A stretch of DNA of 64,000 nucleotides from Promethearchaeota archaeon (GTDB lineage Archaea; Asgardarchaeota; Lokiarchaeia; Sigyniarchaeales; SOKP01): assembly GCA_048938025.1 (NCBI GenBank), contig JBHLMP010000010.1:1-64000 (forward strand). Direction: 5' to 3'. Positions within the stretch are counted from its first letter, which is position 1. Each line of letters starts with the position of its first letter. The translations under genes were made by a program, and so were the position numbers. This document shows, in pieces, positions 18,866 to 29,922 of the stretch. Under the pieces are notes generated by a model. The model worked only from the letters and a program-made list of their open reading frames with translations, had not been told where the DNA came from and made no database searches.

Positions 18866-20134
18866 ATGAAAATTTTAATAATTTCGAGGGGTTTTCCTCC
18901 TAATATCGGAGGAATTAGTTTTTCATTAAAATCATTTTATGATACTTTCAAAAAAAATCATCATAAAATGACATTATATATATTTCCTTATGATTTTAAT
19001 ACAAAGTATGATTATCCAAGCAATATTTTAAATGTATTTGATAATAAAAAATATAGAATAAGAAATTTAATACAGCTATGTTTAGATACTTTTTATTTTT
19101 TTAAAGTCATTTTGTTATTATCCTGTTCTTATAAATCGAAATTTAAGATTTTTTTGTATTATTTAAAACGTATTAAGCTCTTGATTAATATGATGAATTC
19201 TTATGAGATTTTAAAACATTATGATAAGAAATACAATTATGATTTGATTTTAGCATATGAATCTGGATTATCTGCACACATAGGTTACTTAATTAAGAAA
19301 AAAAGAGATAAAAAATTAATTTTAATTTCTCATGGAAATGATATTTTAAATAAGAAATTGAAAGTTCTAACAAAATTAGTACTTCAGGAAGCTGATAAAA
19401 TAATTGTTAGGTCAAATTTCATGAAAAACTTCGTTTCTTCTCAATATTCTCTTGAGGCATCTAAAATATTTATTTGTCCAGATGGAGTTATATTAAAAGA
19501 ATCTGATGTTCAAGAAACTAAATCTGAATTAAGAATTGAATTAAAAATAGATCAGAGAGAATTCATTATTCTAAGTGTTGGTCTTCTTAATCTAGTAAGG
19601 AAAGGTTACGATTTAATATTGAAAAGTCTTAAATCTTTACGTGATAACTATAGTTTAGATATCAATAATATTAAATATATTCTAATTGGAAGAGATAACC
19701 TTAAAGTAAGAACTTGGTTAAAATCCTTGGCAAAAAAATATGATTTAGAATCAAATTTTGAAATTCTAGTTAATTTATCAAATGATTTAAGAAATAAATA
19801 TTATAAAGCTTCAGATATATTTGTAATGCCTTCAAGAGATTTAAAAAGAGAAGGTAGTGTTGAAGGTTTTGGAAATGTATTTATTGAAGCAGGGTATTTT
19901 TCTCTTCCTTCTGTAGGATCTAATACTGGAGGAATCCCAGATGCTATTGAAAGTGAAAAATCTGGATTTATAGTTAACAATTTTGATGAACTTGTAGAAA
20001 AAATAAAATTATTATATGAAAACAAATCCTTAAGACTGAAAATGGGGCAATTTGCTCATGTTAGAGTACTTAAAACTTTTTTATGGGATAAAATTTATAA
20101 ACTTTATATGAAAACTTTCAAAAGTATTATTTAA
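18866..20134 (+). CDS. Glycosyltransferase family 4
   Basis: FPP.IGGI N-terminus; DIFVMPS...EGFGNVFIEA (EX7E); GGIPDAI. Confidence 0.92.
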   Translation: MKILIISRGFPPNIGGISFSLKSFYDTFKKNHHKMTLYIFPYDFNTKYDYPSNILNVFDNKKYRIRNLIQLCLDTFYFFKVILLLSCSYKSKFKIFLYYLKRIKLLINMMNSYEILKHYDKKYNYDLILAYESGLSAHIGYLIKKKRDKKLILISHGNDILNKKLKVLTKLVLQEADKIIVRSNFMKNFVSSQYSLEASKIFICPDGVILKESDVQETKSELRIELKIDQREFIILSVGLLNLVRKGYDLILKSLKSLRDNYSLDINNIKYILIGRDNLKVRTWLKSLAKKYDLESNFEILVNLSNDLRNKYYKASDIFVMPSRDLKREGSVEGFGNVFIEAGYFSLPSVGSNTGGIPDAIESEKSGFIVNNFDELVEKIKLLYENKSLRLKMGQFAHVRVLKTFLWDKIYKLYMKTFKSII

Positions 20135-20224
20135 TTTTGAATTACTTTTTTCAATCTTTTTCATGGAGTCTTAAATTTAAATTTACTTTTTTTAATTTAG
20201 GATTGATATTATTTTTATCTTCTC

Positions 20225-21253
20225 TTATATAATTTCTTTCCAATATTGCTGATGACTGTTAAAATCATCAGATAATAATTTTAACATATCTTTTGAGTTA
20301 AACGAATCCATTAATTTTATCAAACTTATTTCGTCGTAATTATATGACTTAATGGTTGAAAATATATTTTCTTTTTCAGCAAAAGACTCCCATATTTTCG
20401 CCATTTTTTGTTTATTTTTGTGGCATATTAAGTTAGCAAATCCCCCCATACTTATAATAGGAATTGCACCATGAGATCTTCCTCCGATATATTGTTTACA
20501 TCTAGAATATAGAGTTTTATATGCATTATAATCACTATTGAAAAATATCGGTTTGTTAAAGATCCTCTTAGCTATAACATATTCATATGGTTCATGAACA
20601 GAAATAATTGAGATTTCTTCTTTTAATGTATTATATAATTCTTTATAATATTTTAAATAAGGTTTATCAAGTAAAGGAGTAAATATTAAATCAATGTCTT
20701 TTTCTAAATCTTTATAATAATTTGCGTGGAATGCTGGTTCAAAAAACAATTCTGCCTTTATCCCACATTTATTCAAAAATACTTGAGCTTCAGTATCTCT
20801 AACTGTTGCTCCGTATATTAAATTTAATCTCATGGCTTTCTTTAAAATAGATATGGCATAATTAGGTTGTTTTTGACCTACACCAACTAAATATATTGGG
20901 ATTTTATATTTAATGCAAAGTTTATAAATTATAGATATTGAAAACCAAGCAGGAGTTCCAGCGACAATCAATCCGTCAGCATTTTTAACTAACTCTACGT
21001 TTGATGGAAAATTATTTTGTAAGTCCCATAATGGCAAACATCCTTGTTGTCTTTCAGAATGCATTCGAGACTTATTCAAAAAATTATTTATTAAGCTATA
21101 AATTTGTAAAGGTATATATTTATTAGCACGAACCTCACTATAATTTAACCAAATAATGGATTCAGACTCTTTTATTCCTAGTAGATTATATACTCCTTCT
21201 CTTATCAAATCATCCCCTAAATTCCATCCATAAGTTGTACTCATTAAATACAT
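20225..21253 (-). CDS. Polysaccharide pyruvyl-transferase-family protein
   Basis: YGWNLGDDLI, YLVGVG, TVRD, R.HG.I motifs. Confidence 0.72.
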   Translation of the reverse strand: MYLMSTTYGWNLGDDLIREGVYNLLGIKESESIIWLNYSEVRANKYIPLQIYSLINNFLNKSRMHSERQQGCLPLWDLQNNFPSNVELVKNADGLIVAGTPAWFSISIIYKLCIKYKIPIYLVGVGQKQPNYAISILKKAMRLNLIYGATVRDTEAQVFLNKCGIKAELFFEPAFHANYYKDLEKDIDLIFTPLLDKPYLKYYKELYNTLKEEISIISVHEPYEYVIAKRIFNKPIFFNSDYNAYKTLYSRCKQYIGGRSHGAIPIISMGGFANLICHKNKQKMAKIWESFAEKENIFSTIKSYNYDEISLIKLMDSFNSKDMLKLLSDDFNSHQQYWKEII

Positions 21254-21286
21254 ACATAAATCCCTTATATTTTTTTAATTTTAATA

Positions 21287-22933
21287 TTAACTTAAATATC
21301 TCTTGAACAGATTTAGACCTTTTTTTACAATCAAAAAAACTTTTTTATCTTTTTCAAACATAGCTTCTAAATATTCAATATCTTTTTTCGAAAATACTTT
21401 GAAAATTACATTCAAAATTAAAAAAACTAAAATGTAAAGAGAAACTGCGATTAATTTTAAATTTTTTAATATGCTTAGATTTAAACCTTGAAAAATAATT
21501 GCATTAAGGTTATCTAAAAAAATATAATTCAAAATAATTATAAATGCTAAAGAAATAAAAAAAGATAAATATTGCTTTAAGATTCTCTTAATATCAATTC
21601 TAATATTAAAAATCTTGAAACATAATATAATTCTTATTAAAAAATTTAATATACTATTTATTAATAATCCAATAATAGCCCCTAATATCCCAAAATAAAT
21701 AAGCCCTATAAAAAATAAAGGAGCTTTAATTATATATACGATTAATAATAGCTTTGGTAAAAACTTAACCTTGTTAGATGCATATATAAGAGATTCAAAT
21801 TGTGCCCCTAGGACAGTAAAAATTGATGAAATTAATAAAGCTTGAAGTATAATTAAAAAAATTAAATAACTCTCTCCATAAACAAAAGATAAGAAAAAAT
21901 CACCTAAAAAGTAAAAAATTCCAGTGAATAATGAGAAAAAGAACATTGTATAATGGAAAGTAAGCATAAAGAGTTTGTTAATGCTTTCCAAATTCACATT
22001 TGAATATAATCTTGAAAAAGAAATTGTTAAGGGACCTGTAAATGAGGTAACTGAAAATCTAGGTACAGAAATATAATTATAAGATATTTTATATCCTGTT
22101 ACCCAACGAGGAGTTTCAAAAATACCAATTGATTGAACACTTAATTCATTCCAAAACTCATTTATAACTGATCCTAATGTTATATATCCTCCATAACTTA
22201 AGCTTTGTGATAGAGATTCTTTAATTGTTAATTTTTCTTCTCTCGGATTCTTCATTTTAAAATAGTAAATCATAATTAAGAAACAATTTCCTATGAATGG
22301 AATCAAAAATGAAAACAAATCTATGAACGCTATTGTTTCAATACTTACAAATTTAATATTAAATATAAGATAAATTAGACTCCCTATATTAAAGGAATAT
22401 CTCAACACTAACAAGAAGAATAAAAGTCTAAACCTATCGAATGCTTGATTAATTGAATTGAGAGTAGGATTTAAAGCGTTAACTAAAATAAGTGGAGAAA
22501 AAATAAATAACAAATTTGTATGTTCTTTTAAATTAATTTCTAAAAAGGTTGAAAAAAAGTAGAAGAATATTATGCTTATTATAAAAATAGGGAGTAAAAA
22601 GAGCACTTTTAGAATAATAGCATTTTTAATTATTGATTTAATCTTACTTTTTTCTTTTTGTACTCTATATCTTGATATATAATATATTAATGAGTGATTT
22701 AATCCTGGAGGTAAAAAAGAGATAATAATTCCGATAATTGTTATATATGACAGAGATAATATTAAATAACCCCATAAGTCTTGAGAAATTAATCTAGCTA
22801 ACATAAATGAAGTAACTAATGAAAAAATGTAAGAGCCATAATTATTTAAATAGGAATAAAAAGTATTTTTAAAAAGAATTTTATGTTCTTGAGTAACTGC
22901 AGGTTTTTTACTGTTGTTCACAATATTATCCAT
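21287..22933 (-). CDS. Oligosaccharide flippase (Wzx/MOP family)
   Basis: About 12-14 hydrophobic segments; N-terminal KNT.YS...LARL....G; GI.GA.IG near the C-terminus; glycan locus context. Confidence 0.85.
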   Translation of the reverse strand: MDNIVNNSKKPAVTQEHKILFKNTFYSYLNNYGSYIFSLVTSFMLARLISQDLWGYLILSLSYITIIGIIISFLPPGLNHSLIYYISRYRVQKEKSKIKSIIKNAIILKVLFLLPIFIISIIFFYFFSTFLEINLKEHTNLLFIFSPLILVNALNPTLNSINQAFDRFRLLFFLLVLRYSFNIGSLIYLIFNIKFVSIETIAFIDLFSFLIPFIGNCFLIMIYYFKMKNPREEKLTIKESLSQSLSYGGYITLGSVINEFWNELSVQSIGIFETPRWVTGYKISYNYISVPRFSVTSFTGPLTISFSRLYSNVNLESINKLFMLTFHYTMFFFSLFTGIFYFLGDFFLSFVYGESYLIFLIILQALLISSIFTVLGAQFESLIYASNKVKFLPKLLLIVYIIKAPLFFIGLIYFGILGAIIGLLINSILNFLIRIILCFKIFNIRIDIKRILKQYLSFFISLAFIIILNYIFLDNLNAIIFQGLNLSILKNLKLIAVSLYILVFLILNVIFKVFSKKDIEYLEAMFEKDKKVFLIVKKGLNLFKRYLS

Positions 22934-23203
22934 TTTTTTATAAGTTTAAAAAATTTAACCATTCACGCAATAAACAATTGCTCAAATCTCCAATATTATA
23001 TAGAATCTATATTAAGTTAATTTTTAATTTTTGTTTTTAGTTTTGTCTTATTTGTAATATTTTGAAATAAATTTAGTAAAAACTTTATATAAGAAGAATT
23101 AACTGGAAAATTGCCAAATTTTCAATTAGTTTTAAGTAATTTGAATTTTTAATATCATGCAAATAATGAAATATTTTATTTACTATCATTTTTCAAAAAC
23201 AAA

Positions 23204-24454
23204 ATGACTTTAAAATTTCTTTTTATTGTTGATTCCTTCCCTCCATTAAATAATCAGAGTAGTCTTCGAGCATTAGAAATATCAAAACGATTATCTAAAG
23301 AAAGTAAGCGTCCATTAATTTTAACAAGGAGAGTACAAAAAAGGCAGCCTAAAGATTATTCATTACTTAAACTGATTCCTAAAGAAATAGAAATTTATAA
23401 AACTCCAATAATAGAATTAAAGAAAAGATACAGCTTAAAGACACTTTTTTTTAAAATTATGGCTAAAATTCTAAATATATATTATTTTATTCATTGGATT
23501 CCATTTGGTTATTTCACTGGTAAGAAACTTTTAAAGATAAAAAAAGATATCAAGTTTATCTATTCAACTGGTCCAATTTTTTACTCTCATATTATAGCTT
23601 ATCTTTTAAAAAAGAAATTTAATATTCCTTTAATAATAGAATATAGAGATCCATGGAATTTTAGTCCATATGGTACCAGTAGTAAAATAAATTTTTTAAA
23701 TAATCTAATTTATTCAAAAATAGAAAAAAGAACAATCAATTCAGCAGATATAATAATAACCGTTAGTGATCCTTTAATATTATTTTTGAAGAGAGTATTT
23801 CCTCACATTAAAGATAAACCCATATATTCGATACCCAACGGTTTAAATTTAAAACCAATATCTAAACCAATTAAAAGTAATAAAGAGAAAATAATATTTA
23901 CTTTCATTGGTCAATTATACGGAAAAAGAAATATATTTCCATTATTAATAATCCTATCAATATTAAAAAACAATGACTTCTTCAAAGAAAGAAAGTTTTT
24001 ATTAAAAATATATGGTAATTATGACAAGAATCTAATTAAGAAGAAGTTAAAAGAGTTTCAAATCCAAGATTATGTATTTCTTGGTGAATTTCTCACTCGA
24101 GAAAGGATATTTGAAGAAATAAATAAATGTAATTTAGCTTTGCATATTGGTGAAAATTTAAATTACCCAACAATTGGTTTTAAAGTATGGGATTATTTGA
24201 GCGCTCGAAAAAAAATATTGTATTTGGGGCGTGAAGATTCTTACACTGCAAATTTTATAAAAAAAAATAATTTTGGATGTACAATACCAATAAATAACAT
24301 GCAAAAAGGTATTGAAATTTTTAAAAATTTGGTAATAGAAATTGAAAAAAATAAGTTTGATACCATAATTGATGAAAAATTTTTAAAAAAATTTTCTTGG
24401 GATAATAAAGCCAAAAAATTTATGGAGATAATCAAAAATAATAATCTTATTTAA
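23204..24454 (+). CDS. Glycosyltransferase family 4-like
   Basis: FPP, STGP...H, IEYRDPW, IPNG, F.G.LYG.R, K.WDYL. Confidence 0.85.
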   Translation: MTLKFLFIVDSFPPLNNQSSLRALEISKRLSKESKRPLILTRRVQKRQPKDYSLLKLIPKEIEIYKTPIIELKKRYSLKTLFFKIMAKILNIYYFIHWIPFGYFTGKKLLKIKKDIKFIYSTGPIFYSHIIAYLLKKKFNIPLIIEYRDPWNFSPYGTSSKINFLNNLIYSKIEKRTINSADIIITVSDPLILFLKRVFPHIKDKPIYSIPNGLNLKPISKPIKSNKEKIIFTFIGQLYGKRNIFPLLIILSILKNNDFFKERKFLLKIYGNYDKNLIKKKLKEFQIQDYVFLGEFLTRERIFEEINKCNLALHIGENLNYPTIGFKVWDYLSARKKILYLGREDSYTANFIKKNNFGCTIPINNMQKGIEIFKNLVIEIEKNKFDTIIDEKFLKKFSWDNKAKKFMEIIKNNNLI

Positions 24455-24657
24455 TTTAATAACTTCATTTCTATAATTTTTCAAAAGTTTATTCTAATCA
24501 TATGAAATGTAAGTATATTTTTAAAAATATTTTTCAAAATTGCAGTAGATTTAATAATTATAATATTTAACTATTTCCAAAATAATAGAAAATATATAGA
24601 TTATTAAATTTATTAAAAAATATAATCTCATATTATTTCATAACCTTTTTGATTTAA

Positions 24658-25908
24658 ATGAATATTTTCGATTCAATATTCAATGTTGTAAACGAAATAT
24701 TGATATTTCTTAATAAAAAAGAATTTTTAATCATTTTAATGTTATCAATTATAAGCTATCATATTATTTTGTTTCTAATTAGGGACTTAAAATATTTAAA
24801 ATCTGTAAAAACCAATCCAGACCCAGATTCAATTAATATTGACGATTTAAAAGAGATTCCATTAATAAATATTATAATTCCCGCTTGGAATGAAGGAGAT
24901 GAATTTGAAAAGTGTCTCTTTTCAGTTACTAGCCTAGCTTATCCCAAAATAAAAGTCATTGTAAATGCAGGTGGGAATGAAAAGACAATTAAAATAGCAG
25001 ATTCATTTAAAAAATACAATCATTTTGTAATTTTACGTCAGAAAGAAGTAAAAAGTAAAATTGGTAAAATTACTAATTTGGGAAAATTAAAGGCGATAAA
25101 TAAATCATTAAAACATGTAACTGAAGGTGTTGTATTTTTCCTTGATGCGGATAGTTATATTACAGATGAGATAGTTTTAAGATTACTATTTCCTATAGTG
25201 AATTACAATGAGAAAGTATGTGTTGGAGCAGGAACAAGACCATTAATTTCTTTAGAAAATAATGATTTGGTAAGGTATCTACAAATTGTAAAAGAAGGAT
25301 TTTTTAGGAAGATTTTTACAAGAGATAATAAGAATTTGATTGGAGGTTCTAATACTTGTATATCATATGAAGTAATTAAATCAATTGGAAGATTTACTGA
25401 AGAAGGAATCATTGCAGAGGACATTTCTGCTGGACGGGATATTATTTCAAAAGGTTATAAAATTTATTCATTAACAAGTTATCAAAGCAGAATTTATACA
25501 GATTTTCCTAAATCAATCAGGGAGCTGATAGAACAAAGAAAGAGATATATTCAAAACAGTTATATATATGCCAAAATAAAAAAGAGTAAAATTAAGTCTA
25601 TTAAACTTATTGCATTAACATTAGTCTCAATATATTTTATAATTTCTCCATTATTTTTATTTGTTAATTATGGATTATTTTTTATTGGTGTATTCATAAT
25701 TCTCTTCTTTTACCTTAGAATTATAAGAAGATACATTTTTTTTAAATTAATTATAGACAAACAATATTATAAAAAATTCCATAAATTGCTTTTTATAAAA
25801 ATTTTTTATTATATTGTTATTGAACTCATTATTAATGTTATTACATGTTTTAGTTTAATAACTATAAGAAAGAATTTAAAGGAATATTTAAAGACTAATA
25901 ATGAATAA
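24658..25908 (+). CDS. Membrane-bound glycosyltransferase family 2
   Basis: IIIPAWNE, GK..AIN, FLDAD, AED, QRKRY (QxxRW-like); N- and C-terminal TM segments. Confidence 0.88.
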   Translation: MNIFDSIFNVVNEILIFLNKKEFLIILMLSIISYHIILFLIRDLKYLKSVKTNPDPDSINIDDLKEIPLINIIIPAWNEGDEFEKCLFSVTSLAYPKIKVIVNAGGNEKTIKIADSFKKYNHFVILRQKEVKSKIGKITNLGKLKAINKSLKHVTEGVVFFLDADSYITDEIVLRLLFPIVNYNEKVCVGAGTRPLISLENNDLVRYLQIVKEGFFRKIFTRDNKNLIGGSNTCISYEVIKSIGRFTEEGIIAEDISAGRDIISKGYKIYSLTSYQSRIYTDFPKSIRELIEQRKRYIQNSYIYAKIKKSKIKSIKLIALTLVSIYFIISPLFLFVNYGLFFIGVFIILFFYLRIIRRYIFFKLIIDKQYYKKFHKLLFIKIFYYIVIELIINVITCFSLITIRKNLKEYLKTNNE

Positions 25909-26172
25909 ATTTTGAGTAGGGAATAATTTAAAACTATTTTAGAAATCTTTTCCGAGAGATAATCTATAATCATTTTATTTCTTGCGTGGTTAAAGAGACT
26001 AAGATATAAAGTATAAATTAGCAGAATTGCAGATATAAATGTTATACAACATTTCGTATGAGAAACTGATTTGATTATGAATCATATCAATTATTTTATA
26101 AAAATTATTAAAAATTTCTCATCAATTAATCCTAATTTAAATGAAAAGATCTTAAACATATATTTTAAATGT

Positions 26173-27234
26173 TTAATTATTCTCTACAATATATTTTGCA
26201 AGTTTATAATATTTCTCAGAAGATTTCTTCCAAGAATATTTTTTTGCTAATTCTATTCCTTTTTTTATAATTTGGTTTTTTAAAGAATCATCATTACTAC
26301 ATTCTAAAATCAAGTTAGCTAAAGTTTTATAATCTTTTGGAGGGAAATACAGAGGGAAATTTTGATATATTTCTCTAAAGACAGGAATATCAGAACATAT
26401 AACTGGTATACCACATGCAGCCGCTTCTAACCCTGGTAATCCAAAACCCTCATAAAGAGAAGGAAAAACAAAAAAATCACATAAATTGTATATTTCTATT
26501 AATCTCTTGTCGCTTATATTTGTAAGATAAATTACATCATTTTCTAATCCTAAATTCTTTATTAAATTTGGATAACTAGGAGTTCCCACTCTAATTAACT
26601 TAATTTTTTTTTCCTTTTTTTTAAGTATATACAATGCCTTTAATAAGGTTAAAAAATCTTTTCTCCCTATTTCAGTTCCAACATGTAAAAGTTTCCTATA
26701 TTCAGGATATAGGGGTGTTAAATCAGTAATTTTATTTTGAGGAATTGGCTTAAATATTTCACGATTTATTCCACATTTTATAACTGTTATTTTCTCTTCA
26801 GGCACACCTAGGAATTTAATTAATTCATTTTTAGTAAAATCTGAAATTGTCATTATATAATTACATCTTTTCAAACCTGATATTAAATACTTCTGGATAA
26901 TCCATGGTTTTCTTTTTCCAATAAATATATAGATATCAGCACAGGTTATAATTGTTCTATTTCTATTTAAAAAATATCCCAGATCGCCAAGATGTTGAAA
27001 ACTTATATTAAAAACCACATCATCCTTTATTCTTTTTGAATTAAAATAACTAGAAAGTGGATAAAGAATATATCTTTTTGATAAATAATCTAAAGGATTT
27101 TTAGGAGGATTATAATATTCATAAGTAAAATTTAAATCTTTTTTATCTTTCAGAGGTTTACTTAATTCAATATGTACTCTTAAAATACCGTTGATATAAT
27201 TTAATTTTTGACCAATGAAAGTTTTAATATCCAA
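26173..27234 (-). CDS. Glycosyltransferase family 4 (mannosyl/rhamnosyltransferase-like)
   Basis: ISDFTK, FVFPSLYEGFGLPGLEAAACG.PVI.SDIP; TTG start. Confidence 0.9.
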   Translation of the reverse strand: MDIKTFIGQKLNYINGILRVHIELSKPLKDKKDLNFTYEYYNPPKNPLDYLSKRYILYPLSSYFNSKRIKDDVVFNISFQHLGDLGYFLNRNRTIITCADIYIFIGKRKPWIIQKYLISGLKRCNYIMTISDFTKNELIKFLGVPEEKITVIKCGINREIFKPIPQNKITDLTPLYPEYRKLLHVGTEIGRKDFLTLLKALYILKKKEKKIKLIRVGTPSYPNLIKNLGLENDVIYLTNISDKRLIEIYNLCDFFVFPSLYEGFGLPGLEAAACGIPVICSDIPVFREIYQNFPLYFPPKDYKTLANLILECSNDDSLKNQIIKKGIELAKKYSWKKSSEKYYKLAKYIVENN

Positions 27235-27356
27235 ATTTTCAAACCAATGAATTATATATAATGAAATTATCCTTTAATATTAGATTTTATTAAAAAGTGT
27301 GTAAGAAATTAATAATTAACTTAAAAATTAATAATTAATTCAAAGTTAAATATATC

Positions 27357-28508
27357 ATGGAAGATCTTATACCTATTAAAAATGTTATAAAAGAAAATCC
27401 TAGAGTAAAAGAGCTTGAAAGTCAAGGTTTTATAATTAAGCCTGAAAACATCAAGGAATATCTAGATAATTTCAAAAATAGAGTATCTACTTTGCCTAAT
27501 GAAAATTTTTGGAGAGAAAAGCGTGTACTAATAACTGGAATTAGTGGATTTGCTGGTAGTTATTTAGCAGAACAATTATTAGATCTAGGCTGTGAGGTTC
27601 ATGGCACAATTCGTAGACATGCAGTTCCGATGCATGAAAATATAGAGCACTTAAGAGGTAAAATTTATCTTCATGAAGCAGATATAACTAGTGCGGAGAG
27701 AATACTTGAGGTTTTTGAAAAAATCCAACCTAACGCTGTTTTTCACCTTGCAGCAGAATCTTTTGTTCCAACATCCTTCAGGGAACCTGCAAGGGTATCT
27801 CATAATAATATAATTGGAACTATAAAAATTTTTGAGGCAGCAAGGAGATTCGATACTGAATTAGAAAGTATTCAAGTTGCTTGTAGTAGTGAACAATATG
27901 GATTAGTAGATCCGAATGAAGTTCCTGTTACTGAAGATTTAAAAAAAAATCCTTTTCGTCCCAGAAGTGTATATGGAATAACTAAATGTGCAACTGAACA
28001 GATAGCATGGCTATACCATAGTGCGTATGGAGTACCAAGCATTATCACGCGTGGTTTTAATCATGAAGGACCTAGACGTGGTATACAATTCTTAACAAGT
28101 GTAGTTCATAGGCAAATTGTAGAAAATTTAAATAATTTGAGAAACAATATAGTTATTGGCAATCCCAATTCAATTCGAGATTATACTCATGTTAAAGATA
28201 CTGTTAATGCTTACATTATAGTAAGTGAGAATAAGAAATTTGGTGAGCCATTTAATGTATGCTCAGGGAAAGGCATTACTATGGGCAATTATGCTAAAAT
28301 AGCAAAAAAAGTCTTTAATGTTACGGCAGAGATCTTTATTGATCCAAAAAGAATGCGACCAAGTGAAGTGCCTTTATTAATAGGTAAAAATGATAAAATA
28401 GTAAAGGAAACCGGATGGCGACCTACAAGATCTATTATTGATATAATAAAAGAAGGTGTTCAATACTTTCAAAAACACCCAGAACAATTAGGAATTGAGG
28501 CTCATTAA
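27357..28508 (+). CDS. gmd: GDP-mannose 4,6-dehydratase-family enzyme
   Basis: GISGFAGSYLAE.LL, HLAAESFV..SF, SSE.YG, PRSVYG.TK, FNHEGPRRG, RPSEV..L.G. Confidence 0.85.
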   Translation: MEDLIPIKNVIKENPRVKELESQGFIIKPENIKEYLDNFKNRVSTLPNENFWREKRVLITGISGFAGSYLAEQLLDLGCEVHGTIRRHAVPMHENIEHLRGKIYLHEADITSAERILEVFEKIQPNAVFHLAAESFVPTSFREPARVSHNNIIGTIKIFEAARRFDTELESIQVACSSEQYGLVDPNEVPVTEDLKKNPFRPRSVYGITKCATEQIAWLYHSAYGVPSIITRGFNHEGPRRGIQFLTSVVHRQIVENLNNLRNNIVIGNPNSIRDYTHVKDTVNAYIIVSENKKFGEPFNVCSGKGITMGNYAKIAKKVFNVTAEIFIDPKRMRPSEVPLLIGKNDKIVKETGWRPTRSIIDIIKEGVQYFQKHPEQLGIEAH

Positions 28509-28565
28509 ATCTCTTATTCAAATGATATTTTGAATTCTCATTAATCTTTTCTAATTAGCATTAAT

Positions 28566-29600
28566 TTACCATGCTATCAAATATGTTTCAAAATAAGGAT
28601 TATTTGGATTTAATTTTCTGAAAATATATTTGTAATTAATTTTTAATTCATCAATATATTGAATAATTTCAAAAAATTCTTCCCCATTATGATAAATAGC
28701 AATTAATAAAATAGGCTTAAATTTTTTAATCGTTCTATAGGCACCCTTAAGAGTCTTTAAACCAAATCCTTCCACATCTAAATGTATTAATCCAACATTT
28801 AAATTTTCATCGAAAACTAGTTTGTCAATAGTTGTAATATTGATTTCTTCACCGTCTGTATCTGAAATATAAGAACATGAACCTTGAAAAATTACTTTTA
28901 AAGATACATCTTTTTCTCCTAATCCTTTTCTTATTGGAATAATTTTATTTAGATTATTCTTTTCTATTGTCTCTAACATTTGATTGTAATTTATTAATTC
29001 TGGCTCAAAGGCATATATTTTATGAGGATTATAGAATTTTTCAAAAACTAAAGCAGAATCTCCTATATATGCTCCACCGTCGATAAAATCTTTATTTTCT
29101 ATATTTTTAACAATCGGATTAGGAATAAATATTAACCCACATTTATAATAAAAAACAGATAAATCGAATTTATTTATTGGCAAATAAAAAGAATTTCTGT
29201 AATGTTTCATGATACTTTGTGTTTTACGTTTAACTAAAATTTCTTGATATGTAAATAGTTTCTTCTTTATTAATATCTGATTAGTAGAAATATAATACAT
29301 TCTTTTCAATACTTGATTAATAATTTCTATACTTTTTTTATCTAAATGCTTAAAATATTTATCAACATCAATATTATTCTTATTAATATAAACAGATACA
29401 TTTTTAGCAAATAGCCCAAGAAAATAAAATTTATTGTAAAAAATGAATCTATATGAGAAGTAAAAGAGATGTGGGTTATAATAAACAATAAATGGATTAA
29501 TTTTTGATCTAAAAAATTTTTCATAAATTCTAAACAGAAAAATCTGATACATTTTCCTATAAAACTTATATACCCTTTTTAATAAAAATGGAAAAGACAA
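28566..29600 (-). CDS. FkbM-family SAM methyltransferase
   Basis: FIDGGAYIGDS, YAFEP, TIDK, LDVEG, LKGA..TI...KP.L.IAIYH. Confidence 0.88.
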   Translation of the reverse strand: MSFPFLLKRVYKFYRKMYQIFLFRIYEKFFRSKINPFIVYYNPHLFYFSYRFIFYNKFYFLGLFAKNVSVYINKNNIDVDKYFKHLDKKSIEIINQVLKRMYYISTNQILIKKKLFTYQEILVKRKTQSIMKHYRNSFYLPINKFDLSVFYYKCGLIFIPNPIVKNIENKDFIDGGAYIGDSALVFEKFYNPHKIYAFEPELINYNQMLETIEKNNLNKIIPIRKGLGEKDVSLKVIFQGSCSYISDTDGEEINITTIDKLVFDENLNVGLIHLDVEGFGLKTLKGAYRTIKKFKPILLIAIYHNGEEFFEIIQYIDELKINYKYIFRKLNPNNPYFETYLIAW

Positions 29601-29698
29601 CCTTTTTCAAATAATAACTTTTAGTAGAAATAATGTATGATAATACTAATTAAAATATAAAATTAAATATTTCCTTTTTACCATATATTTCTGTATAG

Positions 29699-29806
29699 GT
29701 TAAAGAAACTGGATGGAGACCTTTAAGATCTATTATTGATATAATAAAAGAAGGCGTTCATTACTCTCAAGAACACCCAGAACAATTAGGGATTGAAGCA
29801 CACTAA
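29699..29806 (+). pseudogene. Diverged duplicate of the last 36 codons of gmd (direct repeat of 28401..28508)
   Basis: Translates VKETGWRPLRSIIDIIKEGVHYSQEHPEQLGIEAH* versus VKETGWRPTRSIIDIIKEGVQYFQKHPEQLGIEAH*; 14 mismatches in 108 nt by manual alignment. Confidence 0.93.
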
Positions 29807-29922
29807 ATAATATAAGTTTTATATGAGTTGAAATGAAATATTTTAAAGAAAATTAAAATATCCTCAATTATCTTCTTTTAGTAGTAAAACTTTTCTTAAG
29901 TAAATTTTTTAGATATAATAAT

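Noticed and set aside
25909-26172. Intergenic stretch with a weak hydrophobic minus-strand frame and an imperfect palindrome ttgattatgaatcatatcaa
   Set aside because: No start, RBS or recognisable homology; too weak to call a pseudogene or regulatory site.
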